64,000 nucleotides of DNA from Lachnospiraceae bacterium (GCA_030526195.1 JAUNDG010000002.1:25248-89247); one strand, 5' to 3'. Shown: positions 28,798 to 37,881, numbered from the stretch's first letter. Made by a program: numbers and translations. Notes: generated by a model from the sequence alone, not told the origin.

Positions 28798-30096
28798 ATG
28801 TTCTTAGATCATGCCAGAATTCAGATCATTTCCGGTAAAGGCGGGGATGGTCACGTCAGTTTCAGACGAGAAAAATATGTGCCCAGCGGCGGTCCCGACG
28901 GTGGTGACGGCGGCAAGGGCGGCGATATCATCTGTGAGATCGACAAGGGTATGAATACCCTGTTTTATTACAAGCACCGCTATAAATTCCAGGCCCAGAA
29001 CGGCCAGGAGGGCGGTAAGAAACGTCAGCATGGCGCTGACGGTCAGGACCTTGTCCTGAAGGTGCCGGAGGGCACCATTTTAAGAGAAGAGGAATCCGGT
29101 AAGATCATTGCCGATATGTCCGGCGACAACACCCGTCAGATTATCCTGCGGGGCGGTCGCGGCGGCAAGGGCAACATGAATTACGCCACCCCCACCATGC
29201 AGGCGCCGCATTATGCGCAGCCCGGCAAGGATGCCATCACCGTCAACGTGGTGATGGAGCTGAAACTGGTGGCGGATGTCGGCCTCATCGGTTTCCCCAA
29301 TGCGGGTAAATCCACCTTCCTGTCCGCTGTCACCAATGCGGACCCGAAGATTGCCAGCTATCCCTTCACCACCATTGACCCGAATCTCGGGGTGGTCAAC
29401 CTGGATGACGGCCGGGGCTATGTCATTGCCGACATGCCGGGTCTTATTGAGGGCGCTTCCGACGGTGTTGGCCTGGGCCATCGGTTCCTTCGTCACATCG
29501 AGCGTACCCGCGTGCTCATCCATCTGGTGGATGCCGCCTCCTTTGACGGCCGCGATCCGGTGGAGGATATTTATGCCATCAACAGTGAGCTTGAAAAGTT
29601 CAATGTGGACCTTCTGAAGAAGCCCATGGTCATCGCCGCCAACAAGGTGGATGCCACAGGGTACCTGGAGGAGGATCCGGTGGAGAAGATCAAGGCCGAA
29701 TTCGAGCCGAAGGGTTATAAGGTCTTCCCCATTTCCGCTGCCACAGGCGAAGGCATCAAGCCGCTGCTTTACGAGGTTTACAACCTGCTTGAAACCGTGG
29801 CCACAGAGACCGTCACTTACGAACAGGAATTCTTCCCCGAGGAAATGGCGGCCGACGATCTGGCTTACACCGTTGTGATGGAAGAGGAAAAGGACGGTAC
29901 CCGGACCTTTATCGTCGAAGGTCCGAAGATCGAGAAAATGCTGGGTTACACCAACCTGGACAGCGAGAAGGGCTTTATGTTCTTCCAACGCTTCTTCAAG
30001 ACCTCCGGTATCGAAGACGATCTGAAGCGTTACGGTATCAAGAATGAAGATACCGTCCGCATGTATGGTCATCAGTTTACCTACTACGCAGAATAA
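28798..30096 (+). CDS. obg: GTPase Obg/CgtA
   Basis: MFLDHARIQIISGKGGDGHVSFRREKY.. glycine-rich Obg fold, G1 GFPNAGKST, G3 DMPGLIEGA, NKVD, and a C-terminal OCT domain. AAGGAG RBS before ATG 28798. Confidence 0.95.
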   Translation: MFLDHARIQIISGKGGDGHVSFRREKYVPSGGPDGGDGGKGGDIICEIDKGMNTLFYYKHRYKFQAQNGQEGGKKRQHGADGQDLVLKVPEGTILREEESGKIIADMSGDNTRQIILRGGRGGKGNMNYATPTMQAPHYAQPGKDAITVNVVMELKLVADVGLIGFPNAGKSTFLSAVTNADPKIASYPFTTIDPNLGVVNLDDGRGYVIADMPGLIEGASDGVGLGHRFLRHIERTRVLIHLVDAASFDGRDPVEDIYAINSELEKFNVDLLKKPMVIAANKVDATGYLEEDPVEKIKAEFEPKGYKVFPISAATGEGIKPLLYEVYNLLETVATETVTYEQEFFPEEMAADDLAYTVVMEEEKDGTRTFIVEGPKIEKMLGYTNLDSEKGFMFFQRFFKTSGIEDDLKRYGIKNEDTVRMYGHQFTYYAE

Positions 30097-30130
30097 GCCG
30101 GATGACCGGCCGACGATCGGTCTAAACGGC

Positions 30131-30155
30131 ATGCGCCCCTCAGGCGCATTTATTT
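30131..30155 (+). terminator. intrinsic terminator after obg
   Basis: ATGCGCC-CCTCA-GGCGCAT followed by TTTATTT. Confidence 0.55.
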
Positions 30156-30176
30156 CAGACAGAAAGGCATAAAGCC

Positions 30177-30791
30177 ATGGGTCGAAAAATCGGGATCATG
30201 GGCGGCACTTTTAATCCGATTCACACCGGTCATCTCATCCTTGGAGAGGCGGCGTACACCGAACTGGGCCTTGACCTGGTGTGGTATATGCCGGCGGGCA
30301 ATCCGCCCCACAAACGGATCCTTTCCGTAGTGTCGGACGAGGACCGTGTGGAGATGGTCAAAGCAGCCATTTCCGAAAATGAGCATTTTGAGCTGTCACT
30401 TCATGAGATGAATGAGGACGGCTTCACCTATACCTACCGCACCTTAGAGTCCCTTAAGGAAATGGAGCCGGATGCGGAGCTCTACTTTATCATGGGCGGC
30501 GACAGTATCTTTGATTTTGAAAAATGGCGCGAACCGGCGCGGATTGCCGCGGCCTGTACCATCGTGGTGGCCACACGGAATCACGTGAAGGCCGATGCGC
30601 TCAATGCCCATATTGCCCACCTGGTGAAGCGGTTTGGTGCGGATATCCGTCTTCTGGATACGCCCAACATCGATATCGCTTCCAGCGAGATCCGGGAAAA
30701 GGTGCTCCATAATCAGAGCATACGTTATTATGTGCCGGATCGGGTGCGGGATTATATTTACAGGAAAGGGTTGTACACAAGACCGGAATGA
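30177..30791 (+). CDS. nadD: nicotinate-nucleotide adenylyltransferase
   Basis: GIMGGTFNPIHTGH (the HxGH motif) and the SSEIR C-terminal motif. Confidence 0.9.
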   Translation: MGRKIGIMGGTFNPIHTGHLILGEAAYTELGLDLVWYMPAGNPPHKRILSVVSDEDRVEMVKAAISENEHFELSLHEMNEDGFTYTYRTLESLKEMEPDAELYFIMGGDSIFDFEKWREPARIAAACTIVVATRNHVKADALNAHIAHLVKRFGADIRLLDTPNIDIASSEIREKVLHNQSIRYYVPDRVRDYIYRKGLYTRPE

Positions 30792-31393
30792 TAAAGAAAA
30801 ATCGTTTTGATGAATACGCGCACGGTGTTCGGGAACTGATGGACACCAAGCGTTTTCGCCACACCATGGCGGTGGCCTACACGGCGCAGGCCATGGCTAT
30901 GGCATTCGGTGAGGACTATGCACAGGCCGGCATCGCCGGGCTTTTGCACGACTGTGCCAAGCAGCTGGGTGATCAGCGCCTTCTGCGGATCTGTCAGAAA
31001 AACAACATCCCCATTACAGACTGTGAACGCCGCAATGTGTCCTTGCTCCATGCCAAAGCCGGCGCAGCCATGGCGGCTTCTGATTTTGGCGTGACGGATG
31101 AGGCGATTTTATCCGCTATCCGGTATCACACCACCGGGCGGCCGGGGATGACACGCCTGGAACAGATCATTTTCCTGGCGGATTATATTGAGCCGGGCCG
31201 CTATCGAGCGCCTCGTTTACCGGAGGTGCGCCAGATGGCCTTCAAGGATCTGGATGAATGCTGTTACATGGTACTGGACAGCATGATGGCGTATCTGGCC
31301 GAATCCGAGGATGACCTCGATATGACCACTAAGGAAGCCTACGACTATTACAAATTTATCCACGAAAAGAAACAGGAGGATTGTCATGAATAA
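30788..31393 (+). CDS. yqeK: HD-domain phosphohydrolase YqeK (bis(5'-nucleosyl)-tetraphosphatase)
   Basis: RFRHTMAV..LLHDCAK HD motif. Canonical position after nadD, with overlapping stop/start. Confidence 0.85.
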   Translation: MIKKNRFDEYAHGVRELMDTKRFRHTMAVAYTAQAMAMAFGEDYAQAGIAGLLHDCAKQLGDQRLLRICQKNNIPITDCERRNVSLLHAKAGAAMAASDFGVTDEAILSAIRYHTTGRPGMTRLEQIIFLADYIEPGRYRAPRLPEVRQMAFKDLDECCYMVLDSMMAYLAESEDDLDMTTKEAYDYYKFIHEKKQEDCHE

Positions 31394-31760
31394 ATCTGAA
31401 TCCCTTAAGCTTGTCGAGATCATTTTCCGTGCTCTTGACGAAAAAAAAGCATCCGATATCAAGATCCTTGATATCGAAAAAGTCACCCCCATTGCCGATT
31501 ACTTTGTGATCGCCAGTGGTTCCAATGAGAACCAGGTGCAGGCGATGATGGACAATGTTGATGAGAAAATGTCCCGTTCCGGTTATGAAATGAATCATCT
31601 CGAAGGCTTCCACAGAGGTGGCTGGGTGCTGCTTGACTACGGCAATGTGGTTGTCCATATCTTTGATGAAGAAAGTCGTGCTTTCTATGATTTGGATCGT
31701 ATCTGGAAGGATGGCGAGGAAGTGGATCCGGCTCAGTTTGCACCGGCCAAGGAAGACTGA
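31386..31760 (+). CDS. rsfS: ribosome silencing factor RsfS
   Basis: DYFVIASGSNENQVQAM...WVLLDYGNVVVHIF...YDLDRIW is the canonical RsfS/YbeB pattern. Confidence 0.9.
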   Translation: MNKSESLKLVEIIFRALDEKKASDIKILDIEKVTPIADYFVIASGSNENQVQAMMDNVDEKMSRSGYEMNHLEGFHRGGWVLLDYGNVVVHIFDEESRAFYDLDRIWKDGEEVDPAQFAPAKED

Positions 31761-31808
31761 TCCCTCAGTCGGCAAACATAAATTATTTTGTCAGGAGACC
31801 ATTTATAA

Positions 31809-32108
31809 ATGGCTAGAATCGTTAGAAAAGAACGGGTCACGGAACTTTATGAGGCTATTCTTGAGCTGGAAACACCGGAGGAATGCCGCCAGTTTTTCGA
31901 GGACCTGTGTTCACCGGTGGAGATTTCCGCCATCGAACAGCGTTACGCTGTGGCCAAGCTGCTGACTCAGGACGAGGTTTATCTGAAGATCCTTGATGAG
32001 ACCAAGGCCAGCACCGCCACCATCAGCCGTGTCAACCGTGTGATCACGGGCGGTAACGGTATTCTTCAGAAAGTCATTGAGAAAGTGAGAAAAAAACATG
32101 AGTCCTAA
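31809..32108 (+). CDS. TrpR-like YerC/YecD family protein
   Basis: 99 aa. CRQFFEDLCSPVEISAIEQRYAVAKLL....ASTATISRV matches the YerC/YecD helix-turn-helix layout. Confidence 0.75.
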   Translation: MARIVRKERVTELYEAILELETPEECRQFFEDLCSPVEISAIEQRYAVAKLLTQDEVYLKILDETKASTATISRVNRVITGGNGILQKVIEKVRKKHES

Positions 32109-32295
32109 GGCGAAAATCATCATCCATGCATTTCTTTATGTGGCCGCCTCCATCCTGTTCCTGTGGGGTGGTGTGAGCAACATGGGCATCGGCGACAAAC
32201 GCACAGCGCTGCTGTACTTTGTGTGTCTTGGCTTTATGGTCATTTTCGGAGCCCTGAACCTTTACAGAATGATCAGAGATTATAAAAATAAATAA
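32098..32295 (+). CDS. small two-TM membrane protein (hypothetical)
   Basis: 65 aa with two hydrophobic helices. It overlaps the yerC-like stop by 11 nt and is followed by a strong terminator. No SD sequence seen. Confidence 0.4.
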   Translation: MSPKAKIIIHAFLYVAASILFLWGGVSNMGIGDKRTALLYFVCLGFMVIFGALNLYRMIRDYKNK

Positions 32296-32303
32296 GCAAC
32301 AGT

Positions 32304-32347
32304 ATGTCCGCTGTGCTGTAAGGGATTACGGCGGCGGACATTTTTTT
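32304..32347 (+). terminator. intrinsic terminator
   Basis: ATGTCCGC...GCGGACAT stem followed by T7. Confidence 0.8.
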
Positions 32348-32352
32348 GAAGA

Positions 32353-32404
32353 GCAAGTAGAGACGCGGACAGCGTGCCCTGCGGGTATTGCGAGTGTCCG
32401 CTTT
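32353..32404 (+). repeat. 52-nt conserved hairpin element, copy A, in the 5' leader of the LOG-family gene
   Basis: GCAAGTAGAGACGCGGACAGCGTGCCCTGCGGGTATTGCGAGTGTCCGCTTT is 49/52 identical to the reverse complement of 42559-42611. It ends 27 nt before ATG 32431. Confidence 0.75.
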
Positions 32405-32430
32405 ACCTGATTAATCAAGGAGACAGGTGT

Positions 32431-32994
32431 ATGAATATTACGGTCTATCTGGGGGCTTGCGCAGGCACCGATCCCGCCTTTCAGAAGGCTGTGCGGGAGC
32501 TTGGCACCTGGATCGGAAATGAGAAACACACGCTGATCTACGGCGGTTCCAATTGCGGCCTGATGGGAGAACTGGCCGATAGTGTCATGGCCGCCGGCGG
32601 CCGGGTCATTGGTGTTGAGCCCCAGTTTTTTGTGGATGAGGGCTTCCTTCACGAAGGCATCACCGGCACTATTGTGGTGCCGGATATGTCCGTGCGTAAG
32701 GCGAAAATGATCGCGCTCGGGGACGCCTTCATCGCATTTCCCGGCGGCACCGGCACTCTGGAGGAGATTTCTGAGATCATGTCCAAAGTGTCTTTGGGGC
32801 ACCTCAAAGCGCCCTGCATCGTTTACAACCTGAACGGGTATTACGACCCGTTAAAGACACTGCTGGAGCGGATGATCGAGATGGGGCTGTCTGACCGGGA
32901 ACGTCAGAAACTCATTTTCTTTGAAGATTCCCTTGAGGACATTGTGCCCATTCTGAACAGAGTCAACTCCCCGTTTGTGGGGATGCTGGATTAA
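32431..32994 (+). CDS. LOG-family (TIGR00730) nucleotide 5'-monophosphate nucleosidase/phosphoribohydrolase
   Basis: ITVYLGACAG..., LIYGGSNCGLMG and the PGGTGTLEE motif are typical of LOG/'lysine decarboxylase-like' proteins. AGGAGA RBS before ATG 32431. Confidence 0.85.
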   Translation: MNITVYLGACAGTDPAFQKAVRELGTWIGNEKHTLIYGGSNCGLMGELADSVMAAGGRVIGVEPQFFVDEGFLHEGITGTIVVPDMSVRKAKMIALGDAFIAFPGGTGTLEEISEIMSKVSLGHLKAPCIVYNLNGYYDPLKTLLERMIEMGLSDRERQKLIFFEDSLEDIVPILNRVNSPFVGMLD

Positions 32995-33079
32995 TGGCAG
33001 GATGAGACGATCAGAAGATTAGACGATCAGTAAAGACCATGCGGAGCGGCAGAACCGTTTCCGCCAGAAGGTGATTGAT

Positions 33080-34981
33080 ATGATAAAACTCAAAAAAATG
33101 ACAGCCCTGATCCTGGCAGCATCAATAGCCTGCGGGCTTATGAGCAGCCCCATTTTCGCAGATGAAAATGAGGCTCCCGCAGCCGCTGCGATCGAGGCTG
33201 ATCAAGAGGTTCAGACATCAGAGTCATTCGATGCAATCAGAGCGACAGAGGAAAATGATCCTGATGATATTGCCTTTGCAGCTTTGGAAAATGATTCAGA
33301 TGATGTCTCATTTGTGGCACAGGATGCCGATATAGAAGAAACCGAGGGGGCATTAAACTCAGCGACGAATTACCGCCAGATCGCTCTGGAGGGCACCAAT
33401 CGCTATCAGACGGCGGCGGCGGTGGCCAAGGCGGCCTATCCTGAGGGAGCGGAAGAGATTCTGCTGGTGACAGGGGTCAAATTCCCGGATGCCTTATCCG
33501 CCAATGCGTATGCGGGGGCTAAGAATATCCCGCTGCTGCTCACAAAAGCCTCAAAACTCTCGGATGAGACCAGGGGTCTTCTGGTGAACACCTGGGCCAA
33601 TAAGGTGCAGAAGGTGACGATCATCGGCGCCGGGCTTTCCGAGCAGGTTTACAAGGATCTGGAGGCCATCGGTATCGACAGCGCCAACATCCGGACCATC
33701 GGCGGGAATGACCGTTACGAAACCGCGGCGAAGGTCTGTGAGGCCGGTCTTGAGGAGGGGCTTTTCACCACGGATACCTGCTTTGTGGCCACCGGTCGGA
33801 AGGCGGCGGATGCCATTTCCGCCTCAACCTGGAGCAATCAGCTCCGTTATCCGATCCTTCTGACCTACAGCGGTCAGCTGGATGCGCAGACCAAGGCCAT
33901 GGTGAGCCGTTTCAGCAATGTCATTTTGCTGGGGGCGGCCAATGTGGTCAGTGACAGCTGCGCGCTGGGCAAGCCATTTAAGCGTCTCGGCGGCAATAAC
34001 CGCTACACAACAGCCTGCGCCATTGCGGAATACTTTGTGACCAACGGCTACGGTCAGTATCAGAACACCTTCTTTGCGGACGGCACCGATGCCCATTTTC
34101 CGGATGCGCTTTGCGCCGGCATGCTGGCGGCTCAAAAGAAGGCACCGATCCTGCTGACGTCGAACCGTCAGATGGATACCCGGGCCTTTGTGTTCCAGAA
34201 ACTGAAGAAGGATGCCGCGGCCACCGACTTTTATTTCATTGGTTATGACGGTCCCGGTGGAGGTCCCGCCTATCGGCAGATCGGCAGCTATCTCAAGGCC
34301 ACCGACTGGTGTGATGTGCGGTACCTGAAGTCCACCACCGTGTTATCGGCTGCGCAGGTTGATGACAGCGATCTTGATTATTATTTCCTGATCAACACCA
34401 TTGAACCGGGCGGCACGGTGTATAACCGTATTGTCAATAAGTCCTACAACCCGTCAGGGCTTATCGGCCTTCATGAGCTGCGGTATCTGAAGGTGCTGCA
34501 TTATAACTTCAACGGCAAGATCCAGGTGGGCGAACTTATCTGCAATGCGGCCATTGCGAGCAGCTTCATCAGCGTCTTTAAGCAGCTCTATCAGGCTCGC
34601 TATCAGATCAAATCCATGCGGCTTATCGATGATTTCTGGACGGGAGACGGGCTGTCATCGGATGAGGCCTCCATCGAGGCGGACAACACCTCCTGCTTCT
34701 GTTATCGTCAGGCCTCAGATGCGGCGAACCTGTCCAACCATTCCTGGGGACGGGCCATCGACATCAATCCCATTGAAAATCCGTATGTCTATGTGACACC
34801 GCAGGGCAGTTATTCCACTCACGCGGCCTCCAAGCCCTACGTGACGAACCGGGATCCGTCGATCCCTCATGTCATCACCACCTCGGATAAAGCCTATCAG
34901 GTGCTGACAGCCCACGGCTTCACCTGGGGCGGGTTCTTCCCGGGCAATAAGGATTATCAGCATTTTGATAAGCTGAACTGA
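33080..34981 (+). CDS. wall-anchored peptidoglycan hydrolase: signal peptide, acidic linker, three CWB2 modules, C-terminal M15 (VanY/DD-carboxypeptidase-like) domain
   Basis: CWB2 starts at EGTNRYQTAAAVA, GGNDRYETAAKV and GGNNRYTTACAIA. The C-terminal domain has SNHSWGRAIDINP and DYQHFD zinc-ligand motifs (M15B-like). Confidence 0.8.
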   Translation: MIKLKKMTALILAASIACGLMSSPIFADENEAPAAAAIEADQEVQTSESFDAIRATEENDPDDIAFAALENDSDDVSFVAQDADIEETEGALNSATNYRQIALEGTNRYQTAAAVAKAAYPEGAEEILLVTGVKFPDALSANAYAGAKNIPLLLTKASKLSDETRGLLVNTWANKVQKVTIIGAGLSEQVYKDLEAIGIDSANIRTIGGNDRYETAAKVCEAGLEEGLFTTDTCFVATGRKAADAISASTWSNQLRYPILLTYSGQLDAQTKAMVSRFSNVILLGAANVVSDSCALGKPFKRLGGNNRYTTACAIAEYFVTNGYGQYQNTFFADGTDAHFPDALCAGMLAAQKKAPILLTSNRQMDTRAFVFQKLKKDAAATDFYFIGYDGPGGGPAYRQIGSYLKATDWCDVRYLKSTTVLSAAQVDDSDLDYYFLINTIEPGGTVYNRIVNKSYNPSGLIGLHELRYLKVLHYNFNGKIQVGELICNAAIASSFISVFKQLYQARYQIKSMRLIDDFWTGDGLSSDEASIEADNTSCFCYRQASDAANLSNHSWGRAIDINPIENPYVYVTPQGSYSTHAASKPYVTNRDPSIPHVITTSDKAYQVLTAHGFTWGGFFPGNKDYQHFDKLN

Positions 34982-35095
34982 TATGAGCATACAGTAAAGC
35001 CGACGACGACCTCGCGGTTATGGCACCTGTCCGCCCAATCAAGAGGTACGACTCGGCAGAAAGGAAAAACCGTCAGACAGACGGCGTATAAGGAA

Positions 35096-35683
35096 ATGGA
35101 CATCAACGAAGAATTTCTGAAAAAAGCGATCAAGGATGTGGCGAAAATGATGGAGCTCGGTGAAAAAGCCAATGCTTCCCGTCTGGCCTTCCTGACCACG
35201 TATGAAAAAATGGTGAGTGACAACATGGCCTTCAGTACGGAGGTGCCGGCAGACACCTTCAAGGCCATGGCCGGCACTCCGGCGGAGGATCTTGAGGCCT
35301 GTCTTTACAAGATGGAAGAGATCCATGAGGTTCTGGACTACTTTGAATATGAAGAAAAATGGCCCACCAAGGACTTTGATGAATTCAGGGAGGATGTGAC
35401 CACCACCATCATCGATCTGTCCGTGAAGCTTGACGGCCTCAAGGCGGCTGTTGTGGATATCACCGGCTCCTATGATAAAGGCGAACAGCGCCTTTATCAG
35501 GAGGAAATGGCGTTTCTGGCCAAAACATGCAGTGATGCGGATATCCTGATGGAGCGGCTCCTCAATCTTCTGGATGAAGCCGATGAGGTGCTGGCAGATT
35601 GTCTGGAGACCCTGCACATGGATGCGGAAAAAGCAGCCCAGAGAGCAGAGAATCCCTTTGCGGATCTGTCGGAGTTTCACTGA
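35096..35683 (+). CDS. hypothetical highly acidic, predicted all-helical cytoplasmic protein
   Basis: 195 aa, very rich in D/E, with no signal peptide or TM segment. Its stop overlaps the ATG of the next gene (TGATG), and an AAGGAAATG start context is present. Confidence 0.6.
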   Translation: MDINEEFLKKAIKDVAKMMELGEKANASRLAFLTTYEKMVSDNMAFSTEVPADTFKAMAGTPAEDLEACLYKMEEIHEVLDYFEYEEKWPTKDFDEFREDVTTTIIDLSVKLDGLKAAVVDITGSYDKGEQRLYQEEMAFLAKTCSDADILMERLLNLLDEADEVLADCLETLHMDAEKAAQRAENPFADLSEFH

Positions 35684-36189
35684 TGGCTGAGTACACTACG
35701 GTTTATCACACCATTCCGCCGCTTTGGGCAGCGGACTCCCGTGTGCTCGTTCTGGGATCCTTCCCGAGCCCGAAATCCCGGGAGGCGGCCTTCTTCTACG
35801 GCCATCCCCGGAATCGCTTCTGGCCGGTTCTGGCGGCTGTCCTGGGGGAAGAGGCACCGGCAAACGTGGAAGAGAAGCGGGCCATGGTGCTGCGCCATTA
35901 CATCGCCATGTGGGATACGCTTTACAGCTGTGAGATCAAAGGGGCTTCGGATACCTCGATCCGTCATCCGGTGGCCAATGATCTAAGCAGCATCATTGAG
36001 CGGTCTCAGATAAAGGCGGTGTTCTGTACCGGCGGGACATCCTATAAGTATTACGTGAAGCTCTGTGAGAGCCTCACAGGCATCAGGGCGGTCTGTCTGC
36101 CGTCCACAAGTCCTGCCAATGCGGCCTGGTCATTTGAACGCCTTGTGGAGGCCTATCGCGTGATACCTGAGGCTTTGTATAAAGACTGA
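35683..36189 (+). CDS. uracil-DNA glycosylase superfamily protein, hypoxanthine/deoxyinosine-DNA glycosylase-like (family 6-like)
   Basis: LVLGSFPSPKSREAAFFYGHPRNRFW (motif 1) and CLPSTSPANAAW (motif 2). The ORF-track N-terminal extension from 35599 is rejected. Confidence 0.75.
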   Translation: MAEYTTVYHTIPPLWAADSRVLVLGSFPSPKSREAAFFYGHPRNRFWPVLAAVLGEEAPANVEEKRAMVLRHYIAMWDTLYSCEIKGASDTSIRHPVANDLSSIIERSQIKAVFCTGGTSYKYYVKLCESLTGIRAVCLPSTSPANAAWSFERLVEAYRVIPEALYKD

Positions 36190-36375
36190 GAGAGTTTCAG
36201 ATGCGAGAGATAATTATTTTCTGCAAAGATATAACGTCTTCAGCAAGGGTAAAACTGCGCTGGAAACAAAGCTACAGTGATTTTTGAAACAGTAGCCACT
36301 TGGACAAGCGCCATATCCTGATATGGCAGGCGTCTGCATCACACGATAACGGGGGAAAATAAAGGAGAACAAAAC

Positions 36376-37791
36376 ATGCTCGATGCTTTACATTCTGTGA
36401 TTCTGTTTATTTCGGACATTCTGTATAAACCCTGGTTTGTTCCGATGATTCTTGTCTTGGGCGGTCTGTACTTTACATGCCGGTCAAAACTGATGCAGGT
36501 ACGCCTCTTTAAGGAGGCCTGCCGGGTGATCATGGCCAAACCGGAAAAAGAAGGTAACATTTCTTCCTTCGGGGCCTTGATGGTGTCAACGGCCTCACGT
36601 GTGGGTACCGGTAATATCATCGGTGTGTCCATGGCCATCTGCCTGGGCGGCCCCGGTGCTGTTTTCTGGATGTGGGTCACAGCCTTTATCGGCGGTGCCA
36701 CAGCCTTTGTGGAATCCACCCTGGCTCAGATCTATAAAAAGAAGAGCCCGGATGGTTCCTGCTACGGCGGTCCGGCTTATTACATGCAGGATGCCCTCGG
36801 CAAACGCTGGATGGGTGTCATTTTCTCAGTTCTTATCATCGGCATCTACGCAGTCGGCTACAATATGCTGGCGGCCTACAATATGCAGTCCACATTCTCA
36901 GCCTTCAGCTACTATGATGAGAAGACAACACCGATGATCATCGGTCTTGTGCTGGCTCTGCTGTTTGGCATTATCATTATGGGCGGTGCCAAGCGTCTCA
37001 CCAGGATCACAGAGATCATGGTGCCGATCATGGGTGTGCTTTATGTGCTGGTGGCCCTTGTGATCCTCATTATGAATATCAAAAATGTGCCGTCTATGTT
37101 CGTCAATATCTTCACCAGCGCCTTTGATTTCAAATCTATTCTGGGCGGTTTTGCCGGCAGCTGTATCATGTGGGGTGTGAAGCGTGGTCTTTACTCCAAT
37201 GAAGCCGGTATGGGTTCTGCTCCGAATGCCTCTGCCCAGGCCGACGTGGCTCATCCGGCCACTCAGGGTCTGGTTCAGATGGTCTCTGTTTTCATCGACA
37301 CTCTGCTGATCTGTTCGGCCACAGCTCTTATGTGCCTCAGCACCAACGTGGTGCCCACACCGGAAATGAAGGGTGCTCCGTATGTTCAGGCTGCTATGCA
37401 CGATGCTCTGGGCGCTTTCGGCCCCATTTTCATTGCGGTGTCTCTGTCACTATTTGCCTTCACAACACTGATCGGCAACTATTCTTATTGCGAAGGCTGT
37501 CTTGAATTTATCATTCGCCGCAAAGCGCGGAAGGCGGAGCTGATCATATTCCGTCTTCTGGCCACCTTCCTGGTATTTGCCGGTGCCATCGCCAGTGCAG
37601 GGCTTGTCTGGGATACAGCCGACCTCTTACAGGGGCTTATCGTTATCGTCAATATGCCGGCCATTCTGATTCTGGGCGGTCGGGCCTTTGCCTGTCTGAA
37701 GGATTATACAGAAAAGAGAAAGACAGAAGAGAAGCCGCATTTCCATGCGAAAGATATCAACCTGCCTGAGAAAGTGGATTTCTGGGATTGA
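36376..37791 (+). CDS. alanine/glycine:cation symporter (AGCS family)
   Basis: 471 aa, polytopic. SFGALMVSTASRVGTGNIIGV and GLYSNEAGMGSAPNA are signature AGCS motifs. Confidence 0.9.
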   Translation: MLDALHSVILFISDILYKPWFVPMILVLGGLYFTCRSKLMQVRLFKEACRVIMAKPEKEGNISSFGALMVSTASRVGTGNIIGVSMAICLGGPGAVFWMWVTAFIGGATAFVESTLAQIYKKKSPDGSCYGGPAYYMQDALGKRWMGVIFSVLIIGIYAVGYNMLAAYNMQSTFSAFSYYDEKTTPMIIGLVLALLFGIIIMGGAKRLTRITEIMVPIMGVLYVLVALVILIMNIKNVPSMFVNIFTSAFDFKSILGGFAGSCIMWGVKRGLYSNEAGMGSAPNASAQADVAHPATQGLVQMVSVFIDTLLICSATALMCLSTNVVPTPEMKGAPYVQAAMHDALGAFGPIFIAVSLSLFAFTTLIGNYSYCEGCLEFIIRRKARKAELIIFRLLATFLVFAGAIASAGLVWDTADLLQGLIVIVNMPAILILGGRAFACLKDYTEKRKTEEKPHFHAKDINLPEKVDFWD

Positions 37792-37831
37792 CGGTTATAT
37801 CAATAAAAAAACACAACCATAGATAGAATAG

Positions 37832-37881
37832 AAAAACTCCACTCACAGGTGCTCACATGAGCCCATTGAGTGGAGTTTTTT
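37832..37881. terminator. bidirectional intrinsic terminator between the convergent AGCS gene and lexA
   Basis: AAAAACTCCACTCA...TGAGTGGAGTTTTT: a 14-bp stem flanked by an A-run and a T-run. Confidence 0.8.

Noticed and set aside
32371-32395. Reading the conserved core GTGCCCTGCGGGTATTGCG of the 52-nt element as a sigma-54 (-24/-12) or ECF-type promoter.
   Set aside because: The GG-N10-GC spacing of sigma-54 promoters is not met. The upstream TTGAA(G/C) in the two copies is at different distances from the element, so no consistent promoter geometry exists.
36190-36375. Possible glycine riboswitch upstream of the alanine/glycine:cation symporter.
   Set aside because: AGCS genes are often glycine-riboswitch controlled, but the conserved GGAGAG...ACCGAAGGGGCAA cores are absent. 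Only a small hairpin, GCCATAT-CCTG-ATATGGC (36309-36326), is present.
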